IMG/VR virus record: IMGVR_UViG_3300045955_000166
Span: 5,468 to 69,467 of that record
DNA: 64,000 nucleotides
From: a virus
Reading direction: 5' to 3' (one strand)
Below, piece after piece: positions 1 to 9,525 of the stretch. How positions within the stretch are numbered: position 1 is the first letter of the stretch; every line of letters begins with the position of its first letter. Made by a program: the position numbers and the translations under genes. Below the pieces are notes generated by a model. The model did no database searches. It saw nothing but the letters and a program-made list of their open reading frames with translations, and had not been told where the DNA came from.

Positions 1-291
1 TTGGCATTAACTGAGGAATACGGATATGATGTGTATTACACACTTGAGGAAGTCCAGATGCGGTATGAGGAGCCAAGATTAATTGTGTGGTCAAAAAATC
101 CTAGATATGAGGTAGCACGTAGTATTGCTCAAGATGTATACAAATTATTTGGTGCGATACATAATCAGACAATTAATGGAATAAGATATTTAAGTTGTAA
201 GCCTGAGCACCCACCCTACTTCAACGAAATAGACCCGCAAAGGAATGTTTTTATTATTTTTTATATGGAAGTGTGTAAAGATGTTGAATGA
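1..291 (+). CDS. Tail completion/terminator-like protein (5' partial)
   Basis: Position just upstream of tail tube gene; YEEPRLIVWSKNPRYEVARSIAQDVYKLF pattern resembles tail terminator proteins. Confidence 0.5.
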   Translation: MALTEEYGYDVYYTLEEVQMRYEEPRLIVWSKNPRYEVARSIAQDVYKLFGAIHNQTINGIRYLSCKPEHPPYFNEIDPQRNVFIIFYMEVCKDVE

Positions 292-439
292 AATGCGGTA
301 TAAAAGTCCATTAATTCAATCAATCTATGAGATAGCTACTGATTTACATAATGACAAAGGTATAAGTGATGCTACGTATGAAGAAATACGACAATTGTGT
401 ATTGACTCAATAGATACAGAATCTGATGAACAAGAATAA
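281..439 (+). CDS. Small protein resembling the N-terminal half of HigA/XRE antitoxins, no HTH
   Basis: RYKSPLIQSIYEIATDLHNDKGISDATYEEIRQLC resembles the YKS..L..IHE.A..LH..G.ID..T..EF..LC N-terminus of HigA-type antitoxins; start ATG at 281 or 293. Confidence 0.45.
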   Translation: MLNEMRYKSPLIQSIYEIATDLHNDKGISDATYEEIRQLCIDSIDTESDEQE

Positions 440-503
440 TTGGTAAAAGAGAAATAACTCTCTTTAATGTTTATTAAATTATTTAATTGAAAGGATCAAA
501 AGT

Positions 504-947
504 ATGGCAAGTGCAGGTTTACACGCATGGGGTACAATATTGAAAGTTGGAGATGGTCAAGTAGGAACAGAAGCGTTTACGGCGGTTGCAGAAATTAGTT
601 CTATTACATCATCTTTAACAGCAGATGAATTAGATGTAACAAGTCATGATAGTCTTGATGCATGGCGTGAATTTGTTCGTGGTTTGAAAAGTATGGAACT
701 TACGCTAGAAGGAAACTATATACCAGCAGCACCAACACAAGATACAACAATAAATACAGGTATGTTATGGCTTTTTGATGAAGGCACACAACGAAATTAT
801 CAATTAGTTTTCCCTGACACAGGTACTACAACATTTACTTTTAAAGCTATTACTGTGGAAGTGACACATACTGCTGATGTGGAAGATAAATTATCTTTTA
901 CTTCACGATTACGGGTAACAGGTGAACCAACATTTGGTACTCCATAA
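504..947 (+). CDS. Major tail tube protein
   Basis: 147 aa; VAEISSI...ELDVTSHDS...WREFVRGLK and terminal LRVTGEP motifs typical of lambda gpV/TP901-1-like tube proteins; position. Confidence 0.88.
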   Translation: MASAGLHAWGTILKVGDGQVGTEAFTAVAEISSITSSLTADELDVTSHDSLDAWREFVRGLKSMELTLEGNYIPAAPTQDTTINTGMLWLFDEGTQRNYQLVFPDTGTTTFTFKAITVEVTHTADVEDKLSFTSRLRVTGEPTFGTP

Positions 948-972
948 TTATATTTTTATGGAATAAAATTGT

Positions 973-1016
973 ATCTCCTTATGTTTTATAAAGAGAAAGA
1001 TTAGACATAAGGAGAT
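973..1016 (+). terminator. Intergenic stem-loop after the tail tube gene (terminator or processing/stabilising hairpin)
   Basis: Perfect 12-bp inverted repeat ATCTCCTTATGT (973-984) / ACATAAGGAGAT (1005-1016) followed by TTCT. Confidence 0.5.
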
Positions 1017-1056
1017 TTCTATATATATTTGAGAATTAATTTTTAAAGGAGATAAT

Positions 1057-1443
1057 ATGCCAGTTGTACAAACTATACCATTTATGTTAGAAAAAGAACG
1101 TCATTTACTTTATAATTGGAATGCTTTTATGAAAGCAGAATTAGAACTTACCAAAATAAAAGGAACACCCACCACAGCACTAGAAGTTTTTAAAAACATG
1201 GCTATGTTTGTTGATAATGAAACTGTAGATTTCACGCAAATTTCTCTTACAGATTTACTTATTTTAGTATGGTCAGGTCTTATTCATGAAGATCCAAAAT
1301 TAACATTAGATAGAGTTGGGGATAATTTGCTTTTTGCAGATCTTTCAAGGGTCATTATGGCTGTTAGTGAAGCTATTGCTGCATCTATTCCAAAAGATGA
1401 TGAGGTAGAAACCGTCCCTTTAGAAGTAGTGAAGGAGAGCTAA
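1057..1443 (+). CDS. Tail assembly chaperone (gpG-like)
   Basis: Between tube and tape measure genes; LVWSGLIHEDPKLT motif; slippery site near 3' end. Confidence 0.85.
   Translation: MPVVQTIPFMLEKERHLLYNWNAFMKAELELTKIKGTPTTALEVFKNMAMFVDNETVDFTQISLTDLLILVWSGLIHEDPKLTLDRVGDNLLFADLSRVIMAVSEAIAASIPKDDEVETVPLEVVKES
1416..1422 (+). promoter_or_regulatory. -1 programmed ribosomal frameshift site C CCT TTA
   Basis: X XXY YYZ heptamer in the gpG frame; the -1 frame is open from 1419 into the 1488..1772 ORF (FRSSEGELTENRDPRQFWLNLWAMAIF...). Confidence 0.85.
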
Positions 1444-1772
1444 CTGAAAACCGAGATCCACGCCAATTTTGGCTCAATCTTTGGGCAATGGCGATCTTTG
1501 ATCTTCATTTAACTGATGAATTTTTTTGGAAATTGACACCTATTGAATTTGATGCTATAATGAAAAGATATTTGGATGCAGAAGAAAGAACTGATAGACG
1601 ATATGCTCTTGGAGCATATGTGAGTGCGAATGTATGGGGTTCTACGAAAGGACCAAAGCCTACTTTAGATGATTTTATGCTCCATCAATACGGAACAAAA
1701 AAGGAGAAAAAGAAAAATTGGGAACAAAGTTTAGCTACTCTTAAACAACAAATTAGTAGTGTAAAAAAATAA
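1419..1772 (+). CDS. Tail assembly chaperone C-terminal extension (gpT-like, made as G-T fusion)
   Basis: FFWKLTPIEF motif typical of gpT-like chaperones; lies in -1 frame of upstream gene. Confidence 0.8.
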   Translation, partial: FRSSEGELTENRDPRQFWLNLWAMAIFDLHLTDEFFWKLTPIEFDAIMKRYLDAEERTDRRYALGAYVSANVWGSTKGPKPTLDDFMLHQYGTKKEKKKNWEQSLATLKQQISSVKK

Positions 1773-1780
1773 GGATAATT

Positions 1781-2584
1781 ATGTTTACGGAAGAAACAAA
1801 AAAACAAGTATTAGAAGAATATTATAATAATATAAATACGTCTATTATTTGTGAAAAATATAATTGTACAGATTCTAGTATTTATAATTGGATAAGACAA
1901 ACAAATAATAAACCAAAGGGTAAATGGTCTACAAAATATTTTAAGAATAATGAATTTTTTAATAATCCCAATACTATTAATTCGTATTGGGCTGGTTTTA
2001 TTGCCGCCGATGGTCATTTACATAAAACTAATAAAAGTGTGCAATTATTATTATCTATAATAGACTATAATCATTTAGAAAAATTTAAAGAAATAGTAGA
2101 ATATACTGGTTTAATAAAAACAAGAAAAAGAAGATACAAAGAAAATTCTTTTCAAAATGATATATGTTATTTATATATTAATAGTGCCCATCAATGGCAT
2201 AATGATTTATGGAATAATTTTTGTATTCCTTCAGGAAACAAAACATTTAATTTAATGTTCCCTGAACAATTATCGTATGAAAACAAACTATCCTATATCG
2301 CTGGTTATACAGATGGTGATGGTAGTTTATACCTTACAAAAAATAATGCTATTACATTAAGTTTTGTAAGTGGTAGTAAAGAAATATTGAACGGTATTAA
2401 AAATTTTTTTGATATAAACTACTATTCATTTGAATATAAAAATAAAGGATTGGCAAAATTATATAATTATGAAACTCATTTTAGGTATAAATTAAATGGA
2501 AAAAGAGTAGAGAAGATTGTACACGATATTAAATTATTAAATCTTCCTTTACTTGAAAGAAAGTGGGGTGGGTTATTGCTATAG
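1781..2584 (+). CDS. LAGLIDADG homing endonuclease (two-motif) with N-terminal HTH-like segment
   Basis: SYWAGFIAADG and SYIAGYTDGDG motifs; lower GC than neighbours; ends LERKW. Confidence 0.9.
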   Translation: MFTEETKKQVLEEYYNNINTSIICEKYNCTDSSIYNWIRQTNNKPKGKWSTKYFKNNEFFNNPNTINSYWAGFIAADGHLHKTNKSVQLLLSIIDYNHLEKFKEIVEYTGLIKTRKRRYKENSFQNDICYLYINSAHQWHNDLWNNFCIPSGNKTFNLMFPEQLSYENKLSYIAGYTDGDGSLYLTKNNAITLSFVSGSKEILNGIKNFFDINYYSFEYKNKGLAKLYNYETHFRYKLNGKRVEKIVHDIKLLNLPLLERKWGGLLL

Positions 2585-5500
2585 TTGGTCATGTCGCTGT
2601 GAAATTCACCGGAAATAGTTCTGGTTTTGTACAAGCAATAAAAGAGATGCTTACCGTACTTTCATCTTTACATACTGCTTTGCTTAATACAGGGAAAAAA
2701 GCACACGACTTTGCAGATATTGTAACAAAAATTGCAGCTCCTGTGAAAGATTTTACGGATGCAAATAAAAATTCTATTACTTCGCTCAATAATCAAGCCA
2801 CATCATTAAATAATACATCAAAATCATTTAATAATTTAGCAACATCTTTAACAAAAATAGGTGGCTCACAAATAGCAATATTAAACAATATTGCTACTGC
2901 ATTAAATCAATTAGGACAAGCATCAGGACATTTACCAAGTAAAGTTGTTCCAGCATTAAATGGTTTAAATACGGCTACAAATCAACTGAATAATTCCATG
3001 AAAGGATTTGCTGGAACAGCAACAGGTTTTAATAGTTCATTAAAAAGCATTGCAGGTGGGTTAGCAATAAAACAAGTGGCGCAAACTGCCATTGGTTCTA
3101 TGGCTGGTTTAGAACATTCATTAAATCAAGTGTTGAAAATAGCACAACCTAAAGATTTTGCTGTGATAACGAAGGCTTTTATGGATGTTGCTGCAACAAC
3201 ATCGGTGGCGCATGATAAAATATCAGAATTAGGCCAGGAATTATTGCGTGCTGGTGTTCAAGCAAAAGATATGGGTGACATGTTAGATTTTGCAGCAAAA
3301 ATGTATACTGTTTTTGGTGATGAAACTCAAGAAATTCTCTTAAAAACTTTACGATTTACAAATGTAATGGGTGGTACGACTAAAGAATTTAAAGATTTTG
3401 TTAATGTCGTTACAAGTGTTGCAGATGTTCTTGAAACAAATAACCAAGAAACAATCCAATTAGCATCCCGATGGGCAGCATTTGGAAAATCGGTTAAATT
3501 AACGAATGAACAAATTGCTGCATGGTCTGGTATTGCACGTTCTGCAAATGTTAATTCAGAAGCAGGAGCTACAGCTTTGCAAGAACTTTCAAAAGCTTTT
3601 GCAAAAGCAGGAACAGAAGGAGGAAAAGAACTTCAAGTGTTATCGGATATGTTGGGGATAACACAAGAGGCATTTGTTAAATTATTACAGACGAATCCTA
3701 ATGAATTATTTGTTAAATTTTTTACTGCAATTAAGCAAGGTGCTTCTGATCCAGCAGGTTTGATAGCTATTGATAAAATATTAGGAGAAATAGATCTTAG
3801 TTCACAACGTTTAGGTAGATCTTTATTTCAAATAGGTTCAAGGGCAGATGATTATGGTAAAGCCGTAACTGCTGCCATGCAAAAATCAAGTGATATTACA
3901 AAACAACATGAAGTAGCAGTACAAGGATTACAGTCCCAATGGGATAAAGCTAAAAATGCTTGGATAGTTACATCGAGTGTTTTATTAAAAGATGTAGGAG
4001 GAGCATTATTAGACGTTGTTAAAAAATTACAAGATATGGCAGATGCGTTAAGAAAAATTAATCCAGAAACAATGGCTGTAATTCAAAATATTATAAAAAT
4101 GGGTTTAGAATTTGTTACTGTAACTGGTTTAATATATGGGGCTACAACAGCAGCAAGAGCATTAATTGCTGTCTTTCTAGGATTTAATCCTGCTGCTTGG
4201 GCAGCAGCTATTGCTGGTGGTTTATATGTTGTTAATGAACAATTAAAAAATACAGAATCGTGGGCATATAAAGCTGCAAAAGCTGTAGGATTTATAGGTA
4301 CAGAAGCAGATAGAGCCCGTAAAGCACAAGTTGAATTAGAAAGATCACAAGCGAAAGGTCCAGATGCTGGTGCTGCACGTACTGCTTTACAAGAACTCCT
4401 TAGACAACGTGAAGCATTAAAAAAGACAGGTACTTTTGATGCAGAAATACAAATAGGATCTCTTGATAAAAGCATCAAAAAAATAGGGGACCAATTTAAA
4501 GATGATATAGAGATTCAAGTTTTAATAAAAGGATTAACAGATAAAGATGTCGCTAAAGCAAAAGCAAGTATAGATGAAATAGATAAAAAAATAGCCGATG
4601 TAGAAGCAAAACATAAAGCGAAAACTCCATTGCCTATATGGAGTGGAAGTGAAGCAGATCTTAGAATTAAAAAATATAAAGAAGAAAGAAAAGCACAAGA
4701 AGATATTATTGTAGCACGCCAAAAATTAGAAGGTGCTTTAATAAAACAAACACAACCGTCAACAACTGGTGGAATTACAGAACAAGTAGAACCTATTAGT
4801 ACAGTTAAACCTAAAGATACGAAAATTACTGTAACAACAGAAGCTCAAAAATCTTTGAAAGAATTAGAAGCTGCTCTTGATGCTATAGAAAAGAAATTTA
4901 AAGCAACAGGTGATGAAGAAGATAGATTTAGAGAACGAAGTAAAGTTCTTAATAAAACTTTAGATGATCTTTCTAAAATGACAGATCCTACAGCAAAAGA
5001 TGCTTTAGCAAAGGTTGGAAAACTATATAAAGAAAATGAAGCTGCATTAGATAAATATACAAATGTGACAAAAAAAGCTATAAAAGATAGTAATGATTTT
5101 AAAGCGACTACTGCTGCATTAACAAGAGAACAACAATTATTAGGTGTTACAACAGAATCAATACAAACTGAGTTAAATGCGTATGAGTCTCGATTACGAG
5201 AAGTTTTAAAAGCTGGTGGTGATAATAAAGCAGAAGTTGCAAGTTTGACAGCAAAAATAAAAGAATTACAAACGGCATTAGCAGATTCAAAAGCCGCTGA
5301 TGCACAAAAGAAAATAATGGAAACATTGAATGCATCATTTGATAATGCTGCTATTCATGGTGGAACATATGCAGACAAAGTGAATGCTATACAACAACGT
5401 ATAACAGCATTAAATACTGCACATAGGGCTTTGATTAAATTATTAGGTGAAACTTCGCCAGCAGTTAAAAGTTTAGCAGATAGAATAACTGCTGAAGAAG

Positions 5501-6399
5501 AAGCATTAGCTCAAGCAAAAGGAGAAGAAAAATATGCTGAATTAATGGATAAAATAAAATTAAAAACGGTCGAAGCAGAAGAAGAATTTGGTGCTTTAGG
5601 TGATACTCAGGCATATCTTAAATCCCAAGTAGATACTGCAACATTTGCTTTGTTAGGTATGTATAAGATATTCGGAGAAGGTTCACCACAAGTACAACAA
5701 GCGAGAGATGATTTAATTAGTGCAGCAAATGCTATGGATATTTGGACAACAGGCAAAACAAAATTAGATGCTGCAATGAAAGTGGCCGATAAAAATGCAA
5801 AAGAAGAAGAAAAAGTTTGGCAAAAATTAGCTGATACAATTAAAGGTGTTTCAGATCAAGTTGGTGAAGCATTAGCAAATATGGTTATTGGTGTTAAAAC
5901 TACAAAAGAAGAATATAAACAAACATTAAAAGAGTTGTTGAAGATTATCATTAAATTTGTTATACAAGCTGTAGCACAGTTCATTATCCTAAGTATTGTT
6001 GGTGGTGCAGGTGGTGGTAGTATAGGACAACGTATAGGAACATCTATTAGCACAGGTCTTACAGGAAATTTTGTGACACAAGTACCTGCAAAAGCCCAAG
6101 GTGGAGTGCTTACTAGACCAACAGTATCACGATTAGCAGAAAGAGGTCCAGAAGCAGTAATACCTCTCCAAAATGGTACTGTACCTGTATCAATATATGG
6201 TGGGATGAATACAGGTGGAGGAATAGGGACAGGTGATATTGATCATCCATTTGAAGTAACGATTATAAACGTTGTTGAAAGAAGTAAAGCAGCAACTATG
6301 ACACAAGATAAAAAAGCTATTATTAATACAATAAATGAAGATCTTGAAGCAAGGGGTGCTACATATCGTTCAATCAAAGGAATTTCTAAAGCACGATAA
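2563..6399 (+). CDS. Tape measure protein
   Basis: 1278 aa, Ala/Lys/Leu-rich helical; TP901-type core; C-terminal AQGGVLTRPT...AERGPEAVIPL motif; position. Confidence 0.95.
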   Translation: MGWVIAIVGHVAVKFTGNSSGFVQAIKEMLTVLSSLHTALLNTGKKAHDFADIVTKIAAPVKDFTDANKNSITSLNNQATSLNNTSKSFNNLATSLTKIGGSQIAILNNIATALNQLGQASGHLPSKVVPALNGLNTATNQLNNSMKGFAGTATGFNSSLKSIAGGLAIKQVAQTAIGSMAGLEHSLNQVLKIAQPKDFAVITKAFMDVAATTSVAHDKISELGQELLRAGVQAKDMGDMLDFAAKMYTVFGDETQEILLKTLRFTNVMGGTTKEFKDFVNVVTSVADVLETNNQETIQLASRWAAFGKSVKLTNEQIAAWSGIARSANVNSEAGATALQELSKAFAKAGTEGGKELQVLSDMLGITQEAFVKLLQTNPNELFVKFFTAIKQGASDPAGLIAIDKILGEIDLSSQRLGRSLFQIGSRADDYGKAVTAAMQKSSDITKQHEVAVQGLQSQWDKAKNAWIVTSSVLLKDVGGALLDVVKKLQDMADALRKINPETMAVIQNIIKMGLEFVTVTGLIYGATTAARALIAVFLGFNPAAWAAAIAGGLYVVNEQLKNTESWAYKAAKAVGFIGTEADRARKAQVELERSQAKGPDAGAARTALQELLRQREALKKTGTFDAEIQIGSLDKSIKKIGDQFKDDIEIQVLIKGLTDKDVAKAKASIDEIDKKIADVEAKHKAKTPLPIWSGSEADLRIKKYKEERKAQEDIIVARQKLEGALIKQTQPSTTGGITEQVEPISTVKPKDTKITVTTEAQKSLKELEAALDAIEKKFKATGDEEDRFRERSKVLNKTLDDLSKMTDPTAKDALAKVGKLYKENEAALDKYTNVTKKAIKDSNDFKATTAALTREQQLLGVTTESIQTELNAYESRLREVLKAGGDNKAEVASLTAKIKELQTALADSKAADAQKKIMETLNASFDNAAIHGGTYADKVNAIQQRITALNTAHRALIKLLGETSPAVKSLADRITAEEEALAQAKGEEKYAELMDKIKLKTVEAEEEFGALGDTQAYLKSQVDTATFALLGMYKIFGEGSPQVQQARDDLISAANAMDIWTTGKTKLDAAMKVADKNAKEEEKVWQKLADTIKGVSDQVGEALANMVIGVKTTKEEYKQTLKELLKIIIKFVIQAVAQFIILSIVGGAGGGSIGQRIGTSISTGLTGNFVTQVPAKAQGGVLTRPTVSRLAERGPEAVIPLQNGTVPVSIYGGMNTGGGIGTGDIDHPFEVTIINVVERSKAATMTQDKKAIINTINEDLEARGATYRSIKGISKAR

Positions 6400-6412
6400 G
6401 GAGATATTTTAC

Positions 6413-7015
6413 ATGGTAGCATGGCCTAGTAGTCCTTTACCATCAGCTATACATCCAGTTCAATTAGTAGAAGTGTTTAAAGAAATTGCATATGATAGTG
6501 GCTATACATATACAGAAAGCCAGTATTCAAGAGGATTACGTAAATGGGAATTAGATTATGTATATTTAACCGCCGCACAAAAGAACAAGTTTATTAAATT
6601 TCTTATGGATGTACGATTATCAGCAACAATAATAACCTGGACATATCCATATGGTTTTACAATAGTAAATGCACCACAAACAACACCTATTACTGTGACA
6701 ACAGCGTATACACATAACTTGTACAATGGTGATATGGTTGTTATAGCAGGTGTTACAGGTAATACTGCTGCGAATGGAACTTTTACAATAGGAAATGTAA
6801 CTGCAACTTCATTTCAATTAATAGGATCAAGTGGAATAGCTACCTATGATGGTGGTGGTACAGCAAAATTACATCTTCCAAATATTCGTGTTGATTCTGA
6901 TGAAGAATCTTTTAGTAGTTTTGGTAAAACTCTTGGGCCAGATATAGATAATAAAGGTGTGTATACTTTAACAGTAACACTTCAAGAAGTATTTAAAGTA
7001 GATGATTTATATTAA
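6413..7015 (+). CDS. Distal tail (Dit/gpM-like) protein, copy A, with inserted beta domain
   Basis: Follows tape measure; RKWELDY...FIKFL...ITWTYP; insert TPITVTTAYTHNL..GD.V.I.GV.GNTAANG (E1-FCCH-like); SD AGGAG before ATG 6413. Confidence 0.65.
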   Translation: MVAWPSSPLPSAIHPVQLVEVFKEIAYDSGYTYTESQYSRGLRKWELDYVYLTAAQKNKFIKFLMDVRLSATIITWTYPYGFTIVNAPQTTPITVTTAYTHNLYNGDMVVIAGVTGNTAANGTFTIGNVTATSFQLIGSSGIATYDGGGTAKLHLPNIRVDSDEESFSSFGKTLGPDIDNKGVYTLTVTLQEVFKVDDLY

Positions 7016-7046
7016 AAAGATTAAATAATTTAATGGAGGTGGTATT

Positions 7047-7697
7047 TTGTTCTCTCAATGGAATAAAAATGTATCAACAACATCTGCTACAGGATCTTTG
7101 GATTTAGTTACTCCTATTGCTGGAGTAGCTTCAGTAAGTTTAGATTCTATTGCTAGTACACAAGCAGTTTATGTAACACCTTCAGGAACAAGTGGTTTAG
7201 TAAAAGGTATAGAAAAAGGAAAATTACGTAGCTTAGTAAATATGAAAACTGGTACAGGTAATGGTTGTGGATTTGGTTTTGTTATTGTTGCAAGTGCAGA
7301 GACTATTGTTACTACTGCTGGTGCGTATTATCGTTATGAATTATTTTCTAGTGGAAGCTATAGTTTAGCACGTTCAAATAGTAGTATATTAACTACAGGA
7401 AGTCCTGGTACTACATTAAATTCTGGTTCAACTACTATTGTACAAAATACAACATATAGTATGGAAATAGAATGGATTGTTGATTCTGTAAATTTGGGCG
7501 GAAATCATTTAACAATACGAAAAGGAACAGCTATAGATTTTTCTAATATGGTTTTATTATCACAGTTTCTTGATCTTGGAGCACAAATTTTAACAGCAGG
7601 TAATTCTGAAGGTATATATTTAAGAGGATATACTTCTGTTGGACCTGTGAAAGTATTATTTGATAGTACACAATTATATGAGTTAGTGGAGGTATAA
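7047..7697 (+). CDS. Putative tail tip beta-sandwich protein, paralog 1 of 3
   Basis: TTG start with GGAGG; shares KG.E.G.LR.L, EWI.D..N.GG, T..FS and FD.T.L motifs with 7699 and 9526 ORFs. Confidence 0.6.
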   Translation: MFSQWNKNVSTTSATGSLDLVTPIAGVASVSLDSIASTQAVYVTPSGTSGLVKGIEKGKLRSLVNMKTGTGNGCGFGFVIVASAETIVTTAGAYYRYELFSSGSYSLARSNSSILTTGSPGTTLNSGSTTIVQNTTYSMEIEWIVDSVNLGGNHLTIRKGTAIDFSNMVLLSQFLDLGAQILTAGNSEGIYLRGYTSVGPVKVLFDSTQLYELVEV

Positions 7698-7698
7698 A

Positions 7699-8343
7699 TT
7701 GTCATTATCTCAATGGAATCAGAATATATCAGCTTCCATGACTGTTGCTATAGATAACACTACTCCGATTACTGGAATATCTTCATTAACTTTAACATCA
7801 CTTGTTTCAACACAAGTAGGTTATTTAACTCCGACAGGTGTTAGTGGTTTAACGAAGGGTGTAGAACAAGGACGATTACGTACACTTGTAAAACCACGAA
7901 GTTCTGTTGGAAATGGATATGGATTCGGTTTAGTATGTGTAGGAAGTGCTGATACATTAGGAACTGTAAATGGTAATTTTTATCGTTTTGAATTTTTTAG
8001 TACAGGATCTTATGGCCTTGTAAGAGCAAATGGAGGGATGTTAAGTGCTGGTTCTCCTGGTACAGTATTAGCTACTGCATCGACAACTATAACTATAAAT
8101 ACAGTTTATGGAATGCAAATAGAATGGATTGCTGATAATACAAATTTTGGTGGTGTGTATTTGTCTATAAAAAAAGGAACAGCAACGAATTTTTCTGATT
8201 TAGCACTTTTAACACATTTAACAGATGCATCTGCTTCACAATTAATAACAAGTGCTAGTGAAGGTGTATATTTACGTGGATTTACATCAGTTTCAGAAGC
8301 AAAAGTTTCTTTTGATCAAACTGAACTTTTCTTATTAGCATAG
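7699..8343 (+). CDS. Putative tail tip beta-sandwich protein, paralog 2 of 3
   Basis: Colinear with 7047..7697 throughout (SQWN...TPI.G..S...KG.E.G.LR..V...SEG.YLRG.TSV...FD.T.L). Confidence 0.6.
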   Translation: MSLSQWNQNISASMTVAIDNTTPITGISSLTLTSLVSTQVGYLTPTGVSGLTKGVEQGRLRTLVKPRSSVGNGYGFGLVCVGSADTLGTVNGNFYRFEFFSTGSYGLVRANGGMLSAGSPGTVLATASTTITINTVYGMQIEWIADNTNFGGVYLSIKKGTATNFSDLALLTHLTDASASQLITSASEGVYLRGFTSVSEAKVSFDQTELFLLA

Positions 8344-8357
8344 AGAGATATAAGATA

Positions 8358-8942
8358 ATGCCAACGTTTCCTAATATACCGTTATCCGAAGTAAGTCCAA
8401 TATCAATTAATGATCCATGGTTGCAATCAAGTCATCAGAAATATTTATATCAAGCCCGTACAAGACATATTAGACCAAAAAGAGCATATGAAGTAGAATG
8501 GAAAGGACTTCCAGCCGATAAAAAAAATGTTATAGAACGTTTTATACGTTCACAAAGAGGTCCAGTTTTATCATTTCAATGGACACATCCATTTCGACAA
8601 AGTATAGTGATGGCATCAAATACGACTCCTATAAGTATTGAAACAGCATTTGATCATAATGTATTAGATTTAGATACTGTTATTATTGATGGAGTATTAG
8701 GTAATACTGCTGCAAACGGAACACATCAAGCAAAATATATCAATGCAACAACATTTCATTTAATTGATGTTGTAGGGAATGGTAACTATATAGAAGGTGG
8801 TGGAGTACGTATATTTTTCCCATATATGGGATTTATTATAGATCCTGATGGATATGAAGGATCTGAAAAACTTGTAGGACGTGATATAGATAATTTGGGA
8901 TACTATAATTTAACATGTAGAATAATAGAACGATATTTTTAA
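8358..8942 (+). CDS. Distal tail (Dit/gpM-like) protein, copy B
   Basis: Paralog of 6413..7015: W.HP/YP, TTPI.I.TA..HN, GNTAANGT, K..G.DIDN.G.Y.LT. Confidence 0.65.
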   Translation: MPTFPNIPLSEVSPISINDPWLQSSHQKYLYQARTRHIRPKRAYEVEWKGLPADKKNVIERFIRSQRGPVLSFQWTHPFRQSIVMASNTTPISIETAFDHNVLDLDTVIIDGVLGNTAANGTHQAKYINATTFHLIDVVGNGNYIEGGGVRIFFPYMGFIIDPDGYEGSEKLVGRDIDNLGYYNLTCRIIERYF

Positions 8943-8969
8943 ATAATTTAATAGGTAGGAGGTTTACCA

Positions 8970-9494
8970 TTGATTACATGGCCTTTAGAATTAATACGAT
9001 TAAAGAATGAATTACACGTTACTACACCATGGGTACATTGTATATTGTTACAATATAGAACAGCAACAAATCCAGATATATTTGGATCTCGATCTGTAAC
9101 GGATCATAATGAATCTATTTTATTTAATAGTATTGAATTTTTCCCGTATCCCTTTAAATTAGGAAGTATTGAACATAATAGTGCATCTGAATTACGTCGA
9201 TTGACTCTTAGCACAGCAAATATAGATAGAGCAGTTATTGCATTGTTAGAAGAATTTTGGACTTCCGTATTAGATCCATTGTGGCAAATAACAGTATGGG
9301 TAGTAAATACATCAAATCCTGCATTAACACCTGTAAACAGTAATGATAAATTTGTGATACTCAATGCTCGTACTGATTTATTTAATGTAAGTTTTGAGTG
9401 CCAATGGGAAGGTTTATCATTGAAAAAAATTGTACCTAGTAGACGATATGTAAGAGCAGGTGGTTTTGCACATATACCGAGACGTGTAAGATAG
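8970..9494 (+). CDS. Tail tip protein, lambda gpL/DUF1833-like
   Basis: FFPYPFKL, LTLSTANIDR, P.RRY...GGF..IP motifs; position. Confidence 0.65.
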   Translation: MITWPLELIRLKNELHVTTPWVHCILLQYRTATNPDIFGSRSVTDHNESILFNSIEFFPYPFKLGSIEHNSASELRRLTLSTANIDRAVIALLEEFWTSVLDPLWQITVWVVNTSNPALTPVNSNDKFVILNARTDLFNVSFECQWEGLSLKKIVPSRRYVRAGGFAHIPRRVR

Positions 9495-9525
9495 ATTAAA
9501 TAATTTAATGTGTTAGGAGTTTTAT

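Noticed and set aside
1781-2584. LAGLIDADG ORF as group I intron or intein
   Set aside because: Only about 8 nt upstream and overlap downstream leave no intron core; it has its own SD, start and stop; no intein Cys/His-Asn termini
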